The translations under genes were made by a program, and so were the position numbers. The notes under the pieces were generated by a model, which searched no databases, was not told the origin of the DNA, and worked only from the letters and a program-made list of their open reading frames with translations. Positions 24,424-32,390 of a stretch of 40,068 nucleotides of DNA are shown here, piece after piece (within the stretch, counting starts at the first letter, position 1; each line of letters opens with the position of its first letter). The stretch lies in contig JAISYN010000095.1 in NCBI GenBank assembly GCA_031269915.1, positions 1 through 40,068 on the forward strand. Reading direction: 5' to 3'. This DNA is from Synergistaceae bacterium. Its GTDB lineage: Bacteria > Synergistota > Synergistia > Synergistales > Synergistaceae.

Positions 24424-26697
24424 TCACTGAATGCTATACTGCTTCAAAAGATCCTGATAACGTTGTTCCAGTTCGATCGCCGGCGATGGGTCGTCTATGT
24501 AAGGCGCCAGTTCTGGTTCGGGCAATTGAGGAGCGGGCGCGTTCACAGGCTCGAATACCTGCGGTTCCTCGTCGGTATTTGGCAGCGCCAAAGCGTATAT
24601 CAGCCTGTTCTCGTCATCCATTGACGTCAGCAGTAACTGCGGCGCGTTCGTGTCGTTCTGCGCGGCCAGGAATTCGCCTCCGTGCCAGGGGCAGTATGAC
24701 TCGGGCGCCTGGCCGATAGCCATCAGAATGTTGGCCTTGCTCGGGCAGCTCTTTGTGGCCAGGTACCCAGTGGATCTGCATATTGTCACGCTTTGCACCC
24801 CCACTCCCGAAGGTATCTGGAATTTGTCGGGAGTTTTCATTATTTTTACCGCCTGTTCCATGAATTCTTTCCATACCGGCGCCGCGACGGTTCCGCCGAA
24901 TGCCCGTCCAAGCGTCTTGTGGTTGTCGTTACCGACATATACCACGCTTACCAGATCGGGAGTTCCCCCGGCGAACCATACATCCGTCCATTCGTTGGTC
25001 GTTCCGGTCTTCCCGAACGTCTGATAGCCCTCTTTTGCCAGATTTGCCCTTGTCCCGGTTCCCCAACTGACGGCCTGCATCAGCATCGACCTCACTGTTA
25101 CGGCGGTTTCGGGGGAGAGCGCGTCCGTGATGACCGGGCCGTTCTGCTCGACGGCGTCGCCGTTGCTGTCGAGTATCTCGCGCACGCCGTACGGTTCCAC
25201 CCTATGACCGTTATTCGCGAACACGCAGAAGGCCGCCGCCATTTCCAGCGGCGTCACACTGCTTGAACCGAGCGCGACCGACAAGTCCTCGGGAAGATAT
25301 TTCGTCGTTATTCCCATGCGGCGCGCCTGATTTCTTATCGCGTCCACGCCAGTGACCTGCGCCAGGCGCACGGCGGCTGTATTTACCGATTGAGACAGCG
25401 CGTTGATCAGCGTTATCTCGCCTTTGAATTTGTTGTCGCTGTTTTGCGGCGACCATCCGTTCGGGAATTTGAGCGGAGCGTCGAGAATTCTGTCGACCGG
25501 CCTGAAACCGTTTTCGATCGCGGCCGCGTATACTATCGGCTTGAAAGCCGATCCTGGCTGTCTGTATGCCTGCGTGGCGCGGTTGAATTTGCTGTCGTTG
25601 AAATCCCTGCCGCCCACGAGCGCCAGAATCTCGCCTGTGTTAGGGTCGAGGCAGGCCAGCGCGCCTTCGAATTTCATCTTGGATATCACTTCTTCGGCAT
25701 GCCGCTGCAAGTCCAGATCGATGGTCGTGCGGATGGTGAGGCCGCCCTTGTATATCCGGTCGCGCCCGTATTTCGGCAGCAGTTCCTTGAAAAGTATATG
25801 CGACACGAAATGCGGAGCGTCCTCCATGATGAATCTCACTTTGGCGTCCGCGCTCGCCACCGCGTAGGTGAGGTTCGCCGCGAACGCCTGCGATTTTTCC
25901 TGTTCGGTTATCATTCCTGTGTCCGTCATGCGCCCTAGTACATAGCTCTGCCTCACTTTCGCCTTGTCCAGGTGCCTTATCGGGTTGTAGGCGTTCGGCG
26001 CCGGCAGCAGTCCGGCCAGCAGGGAGGCTTCAGCAAGCGTCAGATTGGCTGCGCTCTTGCCGAAATAATTCTGCGAGGCAGCCGTGATGCCGTAAGCTCC
26101 CTGACCGAAATAGGCCATATTCATATACAGCTCCAATATCTGATCTTTGGTGTACTTCTTTTCCATCTTGATGGCCTGTATGGCCTCGCTCGCTTTCCGT
26201 TTGAGGGTGCGCTCGCGGGTGAGGAACATCATGCGCGCGACTTGCTGTGTTATAGTGCTGCCTCCCTGCAATTTGCCCCTCAGTATCAGGTCGTTTACAG
26301 CGGCCCGGACGATGGCCTTCAGCCTTATGCCCTGATGTTCGTAGAATTCGCTGTCCTCGGCGGCGAGAACGGATTTGACCGCCCACGGCGATATCTGCCC
26401 GAGTTCTGTCCACGTTCTGTTTTCCTCGAAAAGCTTGGCGATGACGCTGCCGTGTCTGTCGTAGACGACCGATGTGAGGCTTGGAGTTCGCATGTTTTCG
26501 ACCGGCGGGAGATCGCGCATAATGTCTTGAAGCATTATCACCGTCAGTACGGACGCGAAGGCGGCAGCCCCAATGAAAAGGAATAAAATGAAGAGGAATA
26601 TTCCCCTGAAAACGGAAAAAATTCCTGCGCGTTTTTTCTCTTCGCTAGTTTTCGTAGGGCCCCGCCTATTTTTATTCATTGCAGTGAAATCCTCCAT
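24424..26697 (-). CDS. class A penicillin-binding protein (PBP1A; glycosyltransferase plus transpeptidase)
   Basis: GT51 motifs: AAEDSEFYEHQGI, GGSTITQQVAR, RKASEAIQAIKMEKKY. Transpeptidase motifs: QPGSAFKP, SQSVN, KTGTT. The start could instead be ATG 26679 (MNKNRRG), 11 nt after GGAGG. Confidence 0.9.
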   Translation of the reverse strand: MEDFTAMNKNRRGPTKTSEEKKRAGIFSVFRGIFLFILFLFIGAAAFASVLTVIMLQDIMRDLPPVENMRTPSLTSVVYDRHGSVIAKLFEENRTWTELGQISPWAVKSVLAAEDSEFYEHQGIRLKAIVRAAVNDLILRGKLQGGSTITQQVARMMFLTRERTLKRKASEAIQAIKMEKKYTKDQILELYMNMAYFGQGAYGITAASQNYFGKSAANLTLAEASLLAGLLPAPNAYNPIRHLDKAKVRQSYVLGRMTDTGMITEQEKSQAFAANLTYAVASADAKVRFIMEDAPHFVSHILFKELLPKYGRDRIYKGGLTIRTTIDLDLQRHAEEVISKMKFEGALACLDPNTGEILALVGGRDFNDSKFNRATQAYRQPGSAFKPIVYAAAIENGFRPVDRILDAPLKFPNGWSPQNSDNKFKGEITLINALSQSVNTAAVRLAQVTGVDAIRNQARRMGITTKYLPEDLSVALGSSSVTPLEMAAAFCVFANNGHRVEPYGVREILDSNGDAVEQNGPVITDALSPETAVTVRSMLMQAVSWGTGTRANLAKEGYQTFGKTGTTNEWTDVWFAGGTPDLVSVVYVGNDNHKTLGRAFGGTVAAPVWKEFMEQAVKIMKTPDKFQIPSGVGVQSVTICRSTGYLATKSCPSKANILMAIGQAPESYCPWHGGEFLAAQNDTNAPQLLLTSMDDENRLIYALALPNTDEEPQVFEPVNAPAPQLPEPELAPYIDDPSPAIELEQRYQDLLKQYSIQ

Positions 26698-26726
26698 CGC
26701 GTATCTGCGCGTATATTCGCTATATT

Positions 26727-26735
26727 ATTATAACA
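26727..26735 (-). promoter_or_regulatory. candidate extended -10 (TGTTATAAT on the minus strand) for the PBP1A gene
   Basis: The reverse complement of ATTATAACA is TGTTATAAT, 30-50 nt upstream of the candidate start codons. Confidence 0.45.
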
Positions 26736-26848
26736 CCAAGGCGCGCGTTCGAATCGGCGCGGGAGCCGAGTACGCGCCGCGAACGTACGAATCCCTGGAA
26801 TCTCAACAGCCGCCGAGGCGGACAATTTGCCGAACAAAGCTCTGGGCG

Positions 26849-26876
26849 AAAAAAAGAGCCTTTGGGCTCTTTTTCC
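26849..26876. terminator. bidirectional terminator-like hairpin inside a divergent intergenic region
   Basis: AAAAAGAGCC-tttg-GGCTCTTTTT has an A-run on one side and a T-run on the other. It lies between the divergently transcribed PBP1A and cheV genes, where no terminator is expected. Confidence 0.45.
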
Positions 26877-26996
26877 GTTCCGTCTTTTTGGCATACCTGC
26901 TTTACCATATTTGTCTTATACTATAAAATAATATCAGCGATTTTCCCGCGTCTACGAGTGAAAAATCAGGTTGTATCAAAATGGGGAGTGATCGGC

Positions 26997-27935
26997 ATGG
27001 CACGAAGGACGGACGAAAAAATTCTCACTGAGGTTGGCACAAACGAATGGCAGGTCGTAGTTTTTCTGTTGGGCAGTCAATATTTCGCCATCAACGTTGA
27101 CAAGACGAGGGAAATACTCCGCTGGCCCGGCGTACGCGACGTACCGCAGACACACCCGGCAATGATCGGAATAACTACCATACGGGGCGAGGTAATACCT
27201 CTCATTGACCTCAGAGCCTATCTGGATATCACCCCTAGCGTCGAACGCGACGGCAGCAAGCTCATTGTGGCCGAGTTCAATAAGATGAAGCTGGGGTTCG
27301 TCGTAGACGCGGTTGACAGAATTTACCGAATCAATTCGGATGAGTTGGACGCGTCGTTGACCGGAACGTTTCTCGGCGAAAACGCCCTCTACGTCATAAA
27401 ACGAGAAGAGCGCAATATCCTTCTGCTCGACTACGAACGCATAGTGCAGGTGGTAAACCCGGGTCTCTCCGATCAGTTCAAGGTGGAGGGCAAAATATCA
27501 CCCAGTCTCACAAGCGGTCTTGGCGACCTCGACGAATACAAAATTTTGGTAGCGGAAGACTCCCCGCTCATCCGCAAATTGATACAGGACGTGCTGGTAT
27601 CGGGCGGTTTCCACAATTTCGAGGTGGTCGGGCACGGCAAGGCGGCTTGGGACAGACTGGTTGAGGATGGAGACGAGTTCGACATACTGCTGACGGACAT
27701 AGAGATGCCGAAGATGGACGGGCTCACTCTCACCCGCCGCGTCAAGGAGGATGAGCGGCTCTCCCGTATTCCGGTCATAGTCTTCTCCAGCGTTATGGCG
27801 GAGGATATCAAGCGCAAAGCGCAGAGCATAGGGGCTGATGCGCAGATTACAAAGCCCGAAATGCAAAACCTCCTTGGAAAAGTCATAGAGCTTTTGGGAA
27901 AAACCCCAAAGGCGGCCCGGCGTCTCGCTTCTTGA
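26997..27935 (+). CDS. cheV: chemotaxis protein CheV (CheW-like domain plus receiver domain)
   Basis: GGGGAG precedes ATG 26997. CheW-like region: WQVVVFLLGSQYFAINVDKTREIL...IRGEVIPLIDLR. REC domain: KILVAEDSPLIRKL...ILLTDIEMPKMDGLTLTRRVK...IPVIVFSS...GADAQITKP. Confidence 0.85.
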   Translation: MARRTDEKILTEVGTNEWQVVVFLLGSQYFAINVDKTREILRWPGVRDVPQTHPAMIGITTIRGEVIPLIDLRAYLDITPSVERDGSKLIVAEFNKMKLGFVVDAVDRIYRINSDELDASLTGTFLGENALYVIKREERNILLLDYERIVQVVNPGLSDQFKVEGKISPSLTSGLGDLDEYKILVAEDSPLIRKLIQDVLVSGGFHNFEVVGHGKAAWDRLVEDGDEFDILLTDIEMPKMDGLTLTRRVKEDERLSRIPVIVFSSVMAEDIKRKAQSIGADAQITKPEMQNLLGKVIELLGKTPKAARRLAS

Positions 27936-27997
27936 GGGGGGCGTCGAACAGGGGTATGTTTGGCGGCGTCTCGCGTCTCCCGTACTGGAGCCAAAAC

Positions 27998-28627
27998 ATG
28001 GAATTCGATATTGAGACGTGGGTGCCTTACAGGTGCGACTTCAAACCGATTACCACAAACTCGCTTTTCAGCGACGCGCTCGGCGATATCGCGGAGATGG
28101 CGATGATGCTGGACAGCGAGTTGCTGTATATGTGGAACGATGAAGACTGCCCGATCGGGACTCTCGTTCCTGAAAATCTGATACGGGCGCGTTGCGTGAC
28201 GGAACCGCACAGAGGGTTCGCGATCGTGTTCGCGTATTCCGAGGCTATGGAAAGAGCGCTGCACGGGCTTGGCGGATCCGGTTCATTGTTCGGGGCGGGC
28301 GTGACGTTCTGCGGTATTTGGAAAAGTTCCGTACTGCTCGACGAGTGCAAAGTCCTGGTCATAGCGAGCGTCAACCCGCTCTTTGACCACGAGGAGTTTC
28401 TGGGTTTTCTGAAAAACGAACTCTCCCGGCGCGGAAAGCCGGAAGGAAGAAGAATCCCCTATTTCGCCGAAAAATTCGGATTCAGAAGGTTTTCAATCCC
28501 CTATGAAACGGACGATGTCATAGAACTTCAGATATCGAACCTACTGATGGATTTCGAGTTTGACGAGACCAGGCGTTTTATCGGAATACCGCTCGAACTC
28601 TCGCTGGACGACTATCAGGAGGTATGA
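27998..28627 (+). CDS. hypothetical protein (about 209 aa)
   Basis: ATG 27998 lies 8 nt after GGAG. I recognise no strong family motif. FSDALGDIAEMAMM weakly resembles the CheC/CheX (D/S)xxxExxN segment, but with D..E in place of E..N. Confidence 0.5.
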   Translation: MEFDIETWVPYRCDFKPITTNSLFSDALGDIAEMAMMLDSELLYMWNDEDCPIGTLVPENLIRARCVTEPHRGFAIVFAYSEAMERALHGLGGSGSLFGAGVTFCGIWKSSVLLDECKVLVIASVNPLFDHEEFLGFLKNELSRRGKPEGRRIPYFAEKFGFRRFSIPYETDDVIELQISNLLMDFEFDETRRFIGIPLELSLDDYQEV

Positions 28628-28633
28628 TCCATT

Positions 28634-29176
28634 GTGAAATACGACGACAGGCCGGATGTCTTCACAAAAGGCCGCGTTCAGGTATATACGGGCAACGGCA
28701 AGGGAAAGACTACCGCGGCCATTGGGCTTGCCGTAAGGGCTCTTGGAGCCGGAATCAAAGTTTTTTTCGCTCAATTCCTGAAATTGGGCGACTACAGCGA
28801 GATTCAAATATTGCGAAACCTCAAAAACGTAACGTGCCGTCAATACGGCGCCGGAGGCTTCGTCGGGTCCCATCCGTCCGACGAGGATAAAGCATCCGCG
28901 CGGCTCGGTATAGATGACGCGCTCAGCGCGATGAAAAGCGGCGATTACAGAGTCGTGATACTCGACGAAGCTAATGTGGCATACAGTCTTGGCCTGATAT
29001 CGAAAGAAGAATTGATGTCGCTGGTTCGCGAACGCCCGTCATCGGTGGAACTCGTTCTGACAGGCAGGGGCGCGCCGCATGAGCTGATAGAAGCCGCGCA
29101 TCTCGTGACCGAGATGCGCGAGATAAAGCATTATTTCAAATCCGGAGTAAAGGCCCGCAAGGGCATAGAGAGCTGA
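28634..29176 (+). CDS. cobO: cob(I)yrinic acid a,c-diamide / cob(I)alamin adenosyltransferase (CobO/BtuR type)
   Basis: GTG start. Motifs: GRVQVYTGNGKGKTTAAIGLAVRALGAG (P-loop), VILDEANVAYSLGLIS, LVLTGRGAP..LIEAAHLVTEMREIKH. Confidence 0.85.
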   Translation: MKYDDRPDVFTKGRVQVYTGNGKGKTTAAIGLAVRALGAGIKVFFAQFLKLGDYSEIQILRNLKNVTCRQYGAGGFVGSHPSDEDKASARLGIDDALSAMKSGDYRVVILDEANVAYSLGLISKEELMSLVRERPSSVELVLTGRGAPHELIEAAHLVTEMREIKHYFKSGVKARKGIES

Positions 29177-30967
29177 TCACGACAAAATGATAATTCCCGT
29201 CTCGTCTTCACCGTCCAGATACGCGGAGAAGTTTCCCTCGTATATCCTGACAGCCGGATGTCCGCCGACGGTATAATATGTCGTATCCAGCCATTCCTTA
29301 TTGTACTTGTTGCCTCCCTGTCTGCTGAAAACCGGCAGATACAAGATTCCATCGGAGTCCATGTCGAGGAAGAAGTGCGTTCCGAAGGACAATTCCGGGG
29401 AAAAATTTAGGTCGGGCACGCTTATCTCCGCCAATACCCCGCAGTTGCATATCTCGTCATATCTTACCGGCACGCCGAGCGCCGGGTTGCGGCTTCCCCA
29501 TCTGCCTGGACCGGCCAGTATATATTTCGTTCCGGTGAGGCGTTTGTTGGCCTCTCCAACCGCCCGCGCCGTTCCGGACGGATCCCAGTTGTTCTTGTAA
29601 AGGGCGGGGTCGACGTACACGAGATGAGTCACGTTTTCGAGCATTCCATTGCTTACCATCCTGTCGCCCTTGAAAATTATTTTTTCGTCCGGAGTCTCTG
29701 GAATCTCGATTCTGCTAAGCTCCTCATACGAAGCGAGCGGTCTCATCTGAAGGACGCTCAGTTTTTTTTTCGGCGCGGTTTCGTAAGAGAACTCGATATC
29801 GACGGGGAATCCGGTTGTGTCCTCCATGTATTTCAAAAGCGCTTTTGACGCGTCGAACAGCGCGCGTTCGCGTATATGCAGCTCGGGAAAAGAGAAAATG
29901 GGGCGTGTCGGCACCTCGGGGTCGGCCATGGTCGAGTATAGGAAATCGTCGCCGTAAAGCTGCACGTATACTCCGAAATTCTTGTGTTCTTTCATGAGAA
30001 ATCGGTAGAACATGGGGAGCGCTCCCGTTAAGAGCACGCCGTGATCCGTATCTATATAGTCGAAAAATTCCTGGCTCTCTTCCGCTATCTGCGACGGAAG
30101 GCTGCCTTCAGGGCGCAGCGACGGGTTTGTGAGGTAAAACGTGCGGGCGGCGCAGCGGTCGACGGATCGCGTTCCGAGCCCGAAGCATACCCTCATTAAA
30201 CCGTCTTCTTTTTTTATTCTCGGGTTGGGGCGGCGAAAAACACGCGAAAAGAGGGTTCCGGCCAGCTCTGGGTAATAGTAGCTTCCATGGCGTTTTCCGG
30301 CGACGGATTGCACTATCACGGCCATCGACTCTTTTGCCCCGAGCAGTCCGTGTTTTTCGCGGTAGGCCCTCGCCGATGGGTTGAAAACGGAGGAAAAGAC
30401 GGTGCGAACGGCTTTTTCCAGCATTGCGTACCGCTCGGAACGCGAACCTATGTTCGGTGAAAAGCAGGTCTGGTATTTGCCGGCGAAGGCAAGGGATATG
30501 GAATCCTCCAGCAGGGAACTGGAGCGTATCGCAAGCGGCGGAGCGCCAAGCGCGTCGAAGCGTTCCAATACTCGTTCCAGCTCGAGCTTCATATGAGGAG
30601 GGAACAACGTTTCGTATACCGCGCCTCGCGCGCGTTCCCAGTCTTCGTCCCCGAACGGGGCGTCGAGCCCGCTTCTGAAGATATAATCGTCGAACAGCTC
30701 GGTGGACAGCACTATGGTAAGGTCGGGAAAAACGACGACATCCCCGAGGGGAGAGCCTTCGAGCGCGCATATGGCGTACGCTATCCCTTTCGCTTTTCCG
30801 CCGCAGCGTCCGGCGCCTATTATGGTTTTCTTCTCCTGAAAATAATCTTCGGCACGGAAATCCCCGTAATCCACGAGCGGCATTTTCAAAGAGATTCCCC
30901 CTTTTTCGCGGCGGCCGCAAATGTGGTTCAGCCAATCATTAATGTGGTAAACTATATCATATTTCAT
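29177..30967 (-). CDS. PEP/pyruvate-binding (PPDK_N-type ATP-grasp) domain protein without a phospho-His swivel domain
   Basis: GAGRCGGKAKGIAYA and LAIRSSSLLEDSISLAFAGKYQT match the GGK...G and VRSS...ED....FAG motifs of PEP synthase/PPDK N-domains. No GGxTSHAA motif appears anywhere. The start is uncertain: ATG 30967 has no SD, and 30991 and 31063 are alternatives. Confidence 0.7.
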   Translation of the reverse strand: MKYDIVYHINDWLNHICGRREKGGISLKMPLVDYGDFRAEDYFQEKKTIIGAGRCGGKAKGIAYAICALEGSPLGDVVVFPDLTIVLSTELFDDYIFRSGLDAPFGDEDWERARGAVYETLFPPHMKLELERVLERFDALGAPPLAIRSSSLLEDSISLAFAGKYQTCFSPNIGSRSERYAMLEKAVRTVFSSVFNPSARAYREKHGLLGAKESMAVIVQSVAGKRHGSYYYPELAGTLFSRVFRRPNPRIKKEDGLMRVCFGLGTRSVDRCAARTFYLTNPSLRPEGSLPSQIAEESQEFFDYIDTDHGVLLTGALPMFYRFLMKEHKNFGVYVQLYGDDFLYSTMADPEVPTRPIFSFPELHIRERALFDASKALLKYMEDTTGFPVDIEFSYETAPKKKLSVLQMRPLASYEELSRIEIPETPDEKIIFKGDRMVSNGMLENVTHLVYVDPALYKNNWDPSGTARAVGEANKRLTGTKYILAGPGRWGSRNPALGVPVRYDEICNCGVLAEISVPDLNFSPELSFGTHFFLDMDSDGILYLPVFSRQGGNKYNKEWLDTTYYTVGGHPAVRIYEGNFSAYLDGEDETGIIILS

Positions 30968-30995
30968 TTTTTTGTGTGGTGAGGGAGGCATAATC

Positions 30996-32390
30996 TTGAA
31001 TCTTCCAAGATTGATAATAGCTGACGAGCAAAGACCCGGGAAAATAATGTCAGGCCTACTCATCGCGGCAACCCTGAAAAAGATGGGTTATAAGCTGAAG
31101 CTGTTTTTGGGCAATGTCGACGAAATATCCATCAGATTGCTTCAATTGCTCTGCGAGCAGCCTGTAACGCTGCTCGATCCGACGCTGTGCGACGGACGTG
31201 CGAATTTGAGATGGCTATTCCAGCAGGCGGCCTCGCCGGACTGCCTCAATCTCATTATAACCAGCCTTGGAGGCAAATGGACCGAGGATTCTCCGTTTCG
31301 CATTCCCAGGGAGTGCGGGCTGCTTGCCGAATGGCTCGAAAGCGAGATTGTACCGGTGCTTTACAGCGACTCATCCTCCACTCTCACTGTGCGCACTCTG
31401 AACGAAGTTGTGACTGGGTTTCAGCAAAACGGAAACATCGTGATACGTGCCGTATTGTTTCGTTCAACCCTGAACAACAGGGAATACGAGCTGCTCGACA
31501 GAGAGGTTGGCCGCCAGTTTATCATAATGCCGATTGGTTCCATATCCCAAAAAATCGACCGAAACGTTCCCCTTTTGACAGACCTGTTCTTTCAAGAAGC
31601 CGTAAAAGCCATCTTCCCCATAAAATCAGCCTACTTGCAATTGATGCATATGAATTATCAGGTGAATTGGATGATGTTCAGCGCTCTCGCGAACCTCAAT
31701 TCCGGCTGGCTGCCGCAAGCGAGGCTCTGCGAGCCGATAACCGACAGCGGGAAAGTCAACATCGCCGTCATCAGGCATGAAACGCTGACGCTGGGAGGCG
31801 ACGGCACCGAACATCTGATGCGCGCTCTTGGCTGCAATGTTGTGGAAGTATCTCTTGAAGGCCAAATAGTTCACAACGTCCCGATACACGGGGTGTATAT
31901 ACCTCATGGCCCATCGTACATGACCCTGCCCAAGTTTTTCTCCAATATTTATCTCAAGACGATGCTTAACAGGGCGTCGAGCGGGGGTTCGTTCATGCTG
32001 GCTGAAGGAGGGGCGGCGCCGGTACTGGGGGATAAAATCACTCTTCCGGATGGAGTGGCCGGAGGTGGTATGGGACGTGGTTTTGGCATACTTCCTTATG
32101 ACAGCCTGTATAAATCTTCGTCGCCAGGGGTTCCTCAAAAAAACGTGGCCGTCCGCAAGAGGATGAATCCCCTCATATCCGGTTCTCATGAATGGATATG
32201 GGGATACTCGTCGCCCAATCTCTCGCTGGAAAGCAAATCGCCGGACGACGAATGCTGGGAGACGCGGGAAAGCCTTGACGGTAAACAGTTGGGGGCTGAC
32301 GGTTGGTGCAAGGGAAGGATACTCTCTTCAGCGATGAGAATTGAGCCGTGGAGCGCTCCTTTTTCGTTCCGCCGGTGGCTGGAAGGATGA
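30996..32390 (+). CDS. cobyrinic acid a,c-diamide synthase (CbiA/CobB)-like protein with eroded catalytic motifs (probable pseudoenzyme)
   Basis: TTG lies 7 nt after GGAGG. It is collinear with CbiA: PRLIIADEQRPGKIMSGLLIAATLKKMGYKL against ..ILAGTGSGCGKTTVTLGLL..RGLRV; VNIAVIRHETL...YIPHGPSYM...FMLAEGGAAPVLG against LALA.DEAF.FYY...WLGGGYPEL...IYAECGGLMYLG. Confidence 0.65.
   Translation: MNLPRLIIADEQRPGKIMSGLLIAATLKKMGYKLKLFLGNVDEISIRLLQLLCEQPVTLLDPTLCDGRANLRWLFQQAASPDCLNLIITSLGGKWTEDSPFRIPRECGLLAEWLESEIVPVLYSDSSSTLTVRTLNEVVTGFQQNGNIVIRAVLFRSTLNNREYELLDREVGRQFIIMPIGSISQKIDRNVPLLTDLFFQEAVKAIFPIKSAYLQLMHMNYQVNWMMFSALANLNSGWLPQARLCEPITDSGKVNIAVIRHETLTLGGDGTEHLMRALGCNVVEVSLEGQIVHNVPIHGVYIPHGPSYMTLPKFFSNIYLKTMLNRASSGGSFMLAEGGAAPVLGDKITLPDGVAGGGMGRGFGILPYDSLYKSSSPGVPQKNVAVRKRMNPLISGSHEWIWGYSSPNLSLESKSPDDECWETRESLDGKQLGADGWCKGRILSSAMRIEPWSAPFSFRRWLEG

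Noticed and set aside
26741-26800. GTTCGAATC-type sequence suggesting a tRNA T-arm, that is, a possible tRNA or tRNA fragment (att site).
   Set aside because: The flanks do not form a 5-bp T-stem. I could draw no acceptor, D or anticodon arms, and there is no CCA-proximal acceptor pairing.
26698-26996. Possible cobalamin riboswitch upstream of the cheV-X-cobO operon.
   Set aside because: I could not find a B12-box-like (..AGYCMGGAGACCKGCC..) or GGTG...GGGAA core, and the terminator hairpin is too far (about 120 nt) from the cheV start with promoter-like elements in between. This should still be checked with Infernal.
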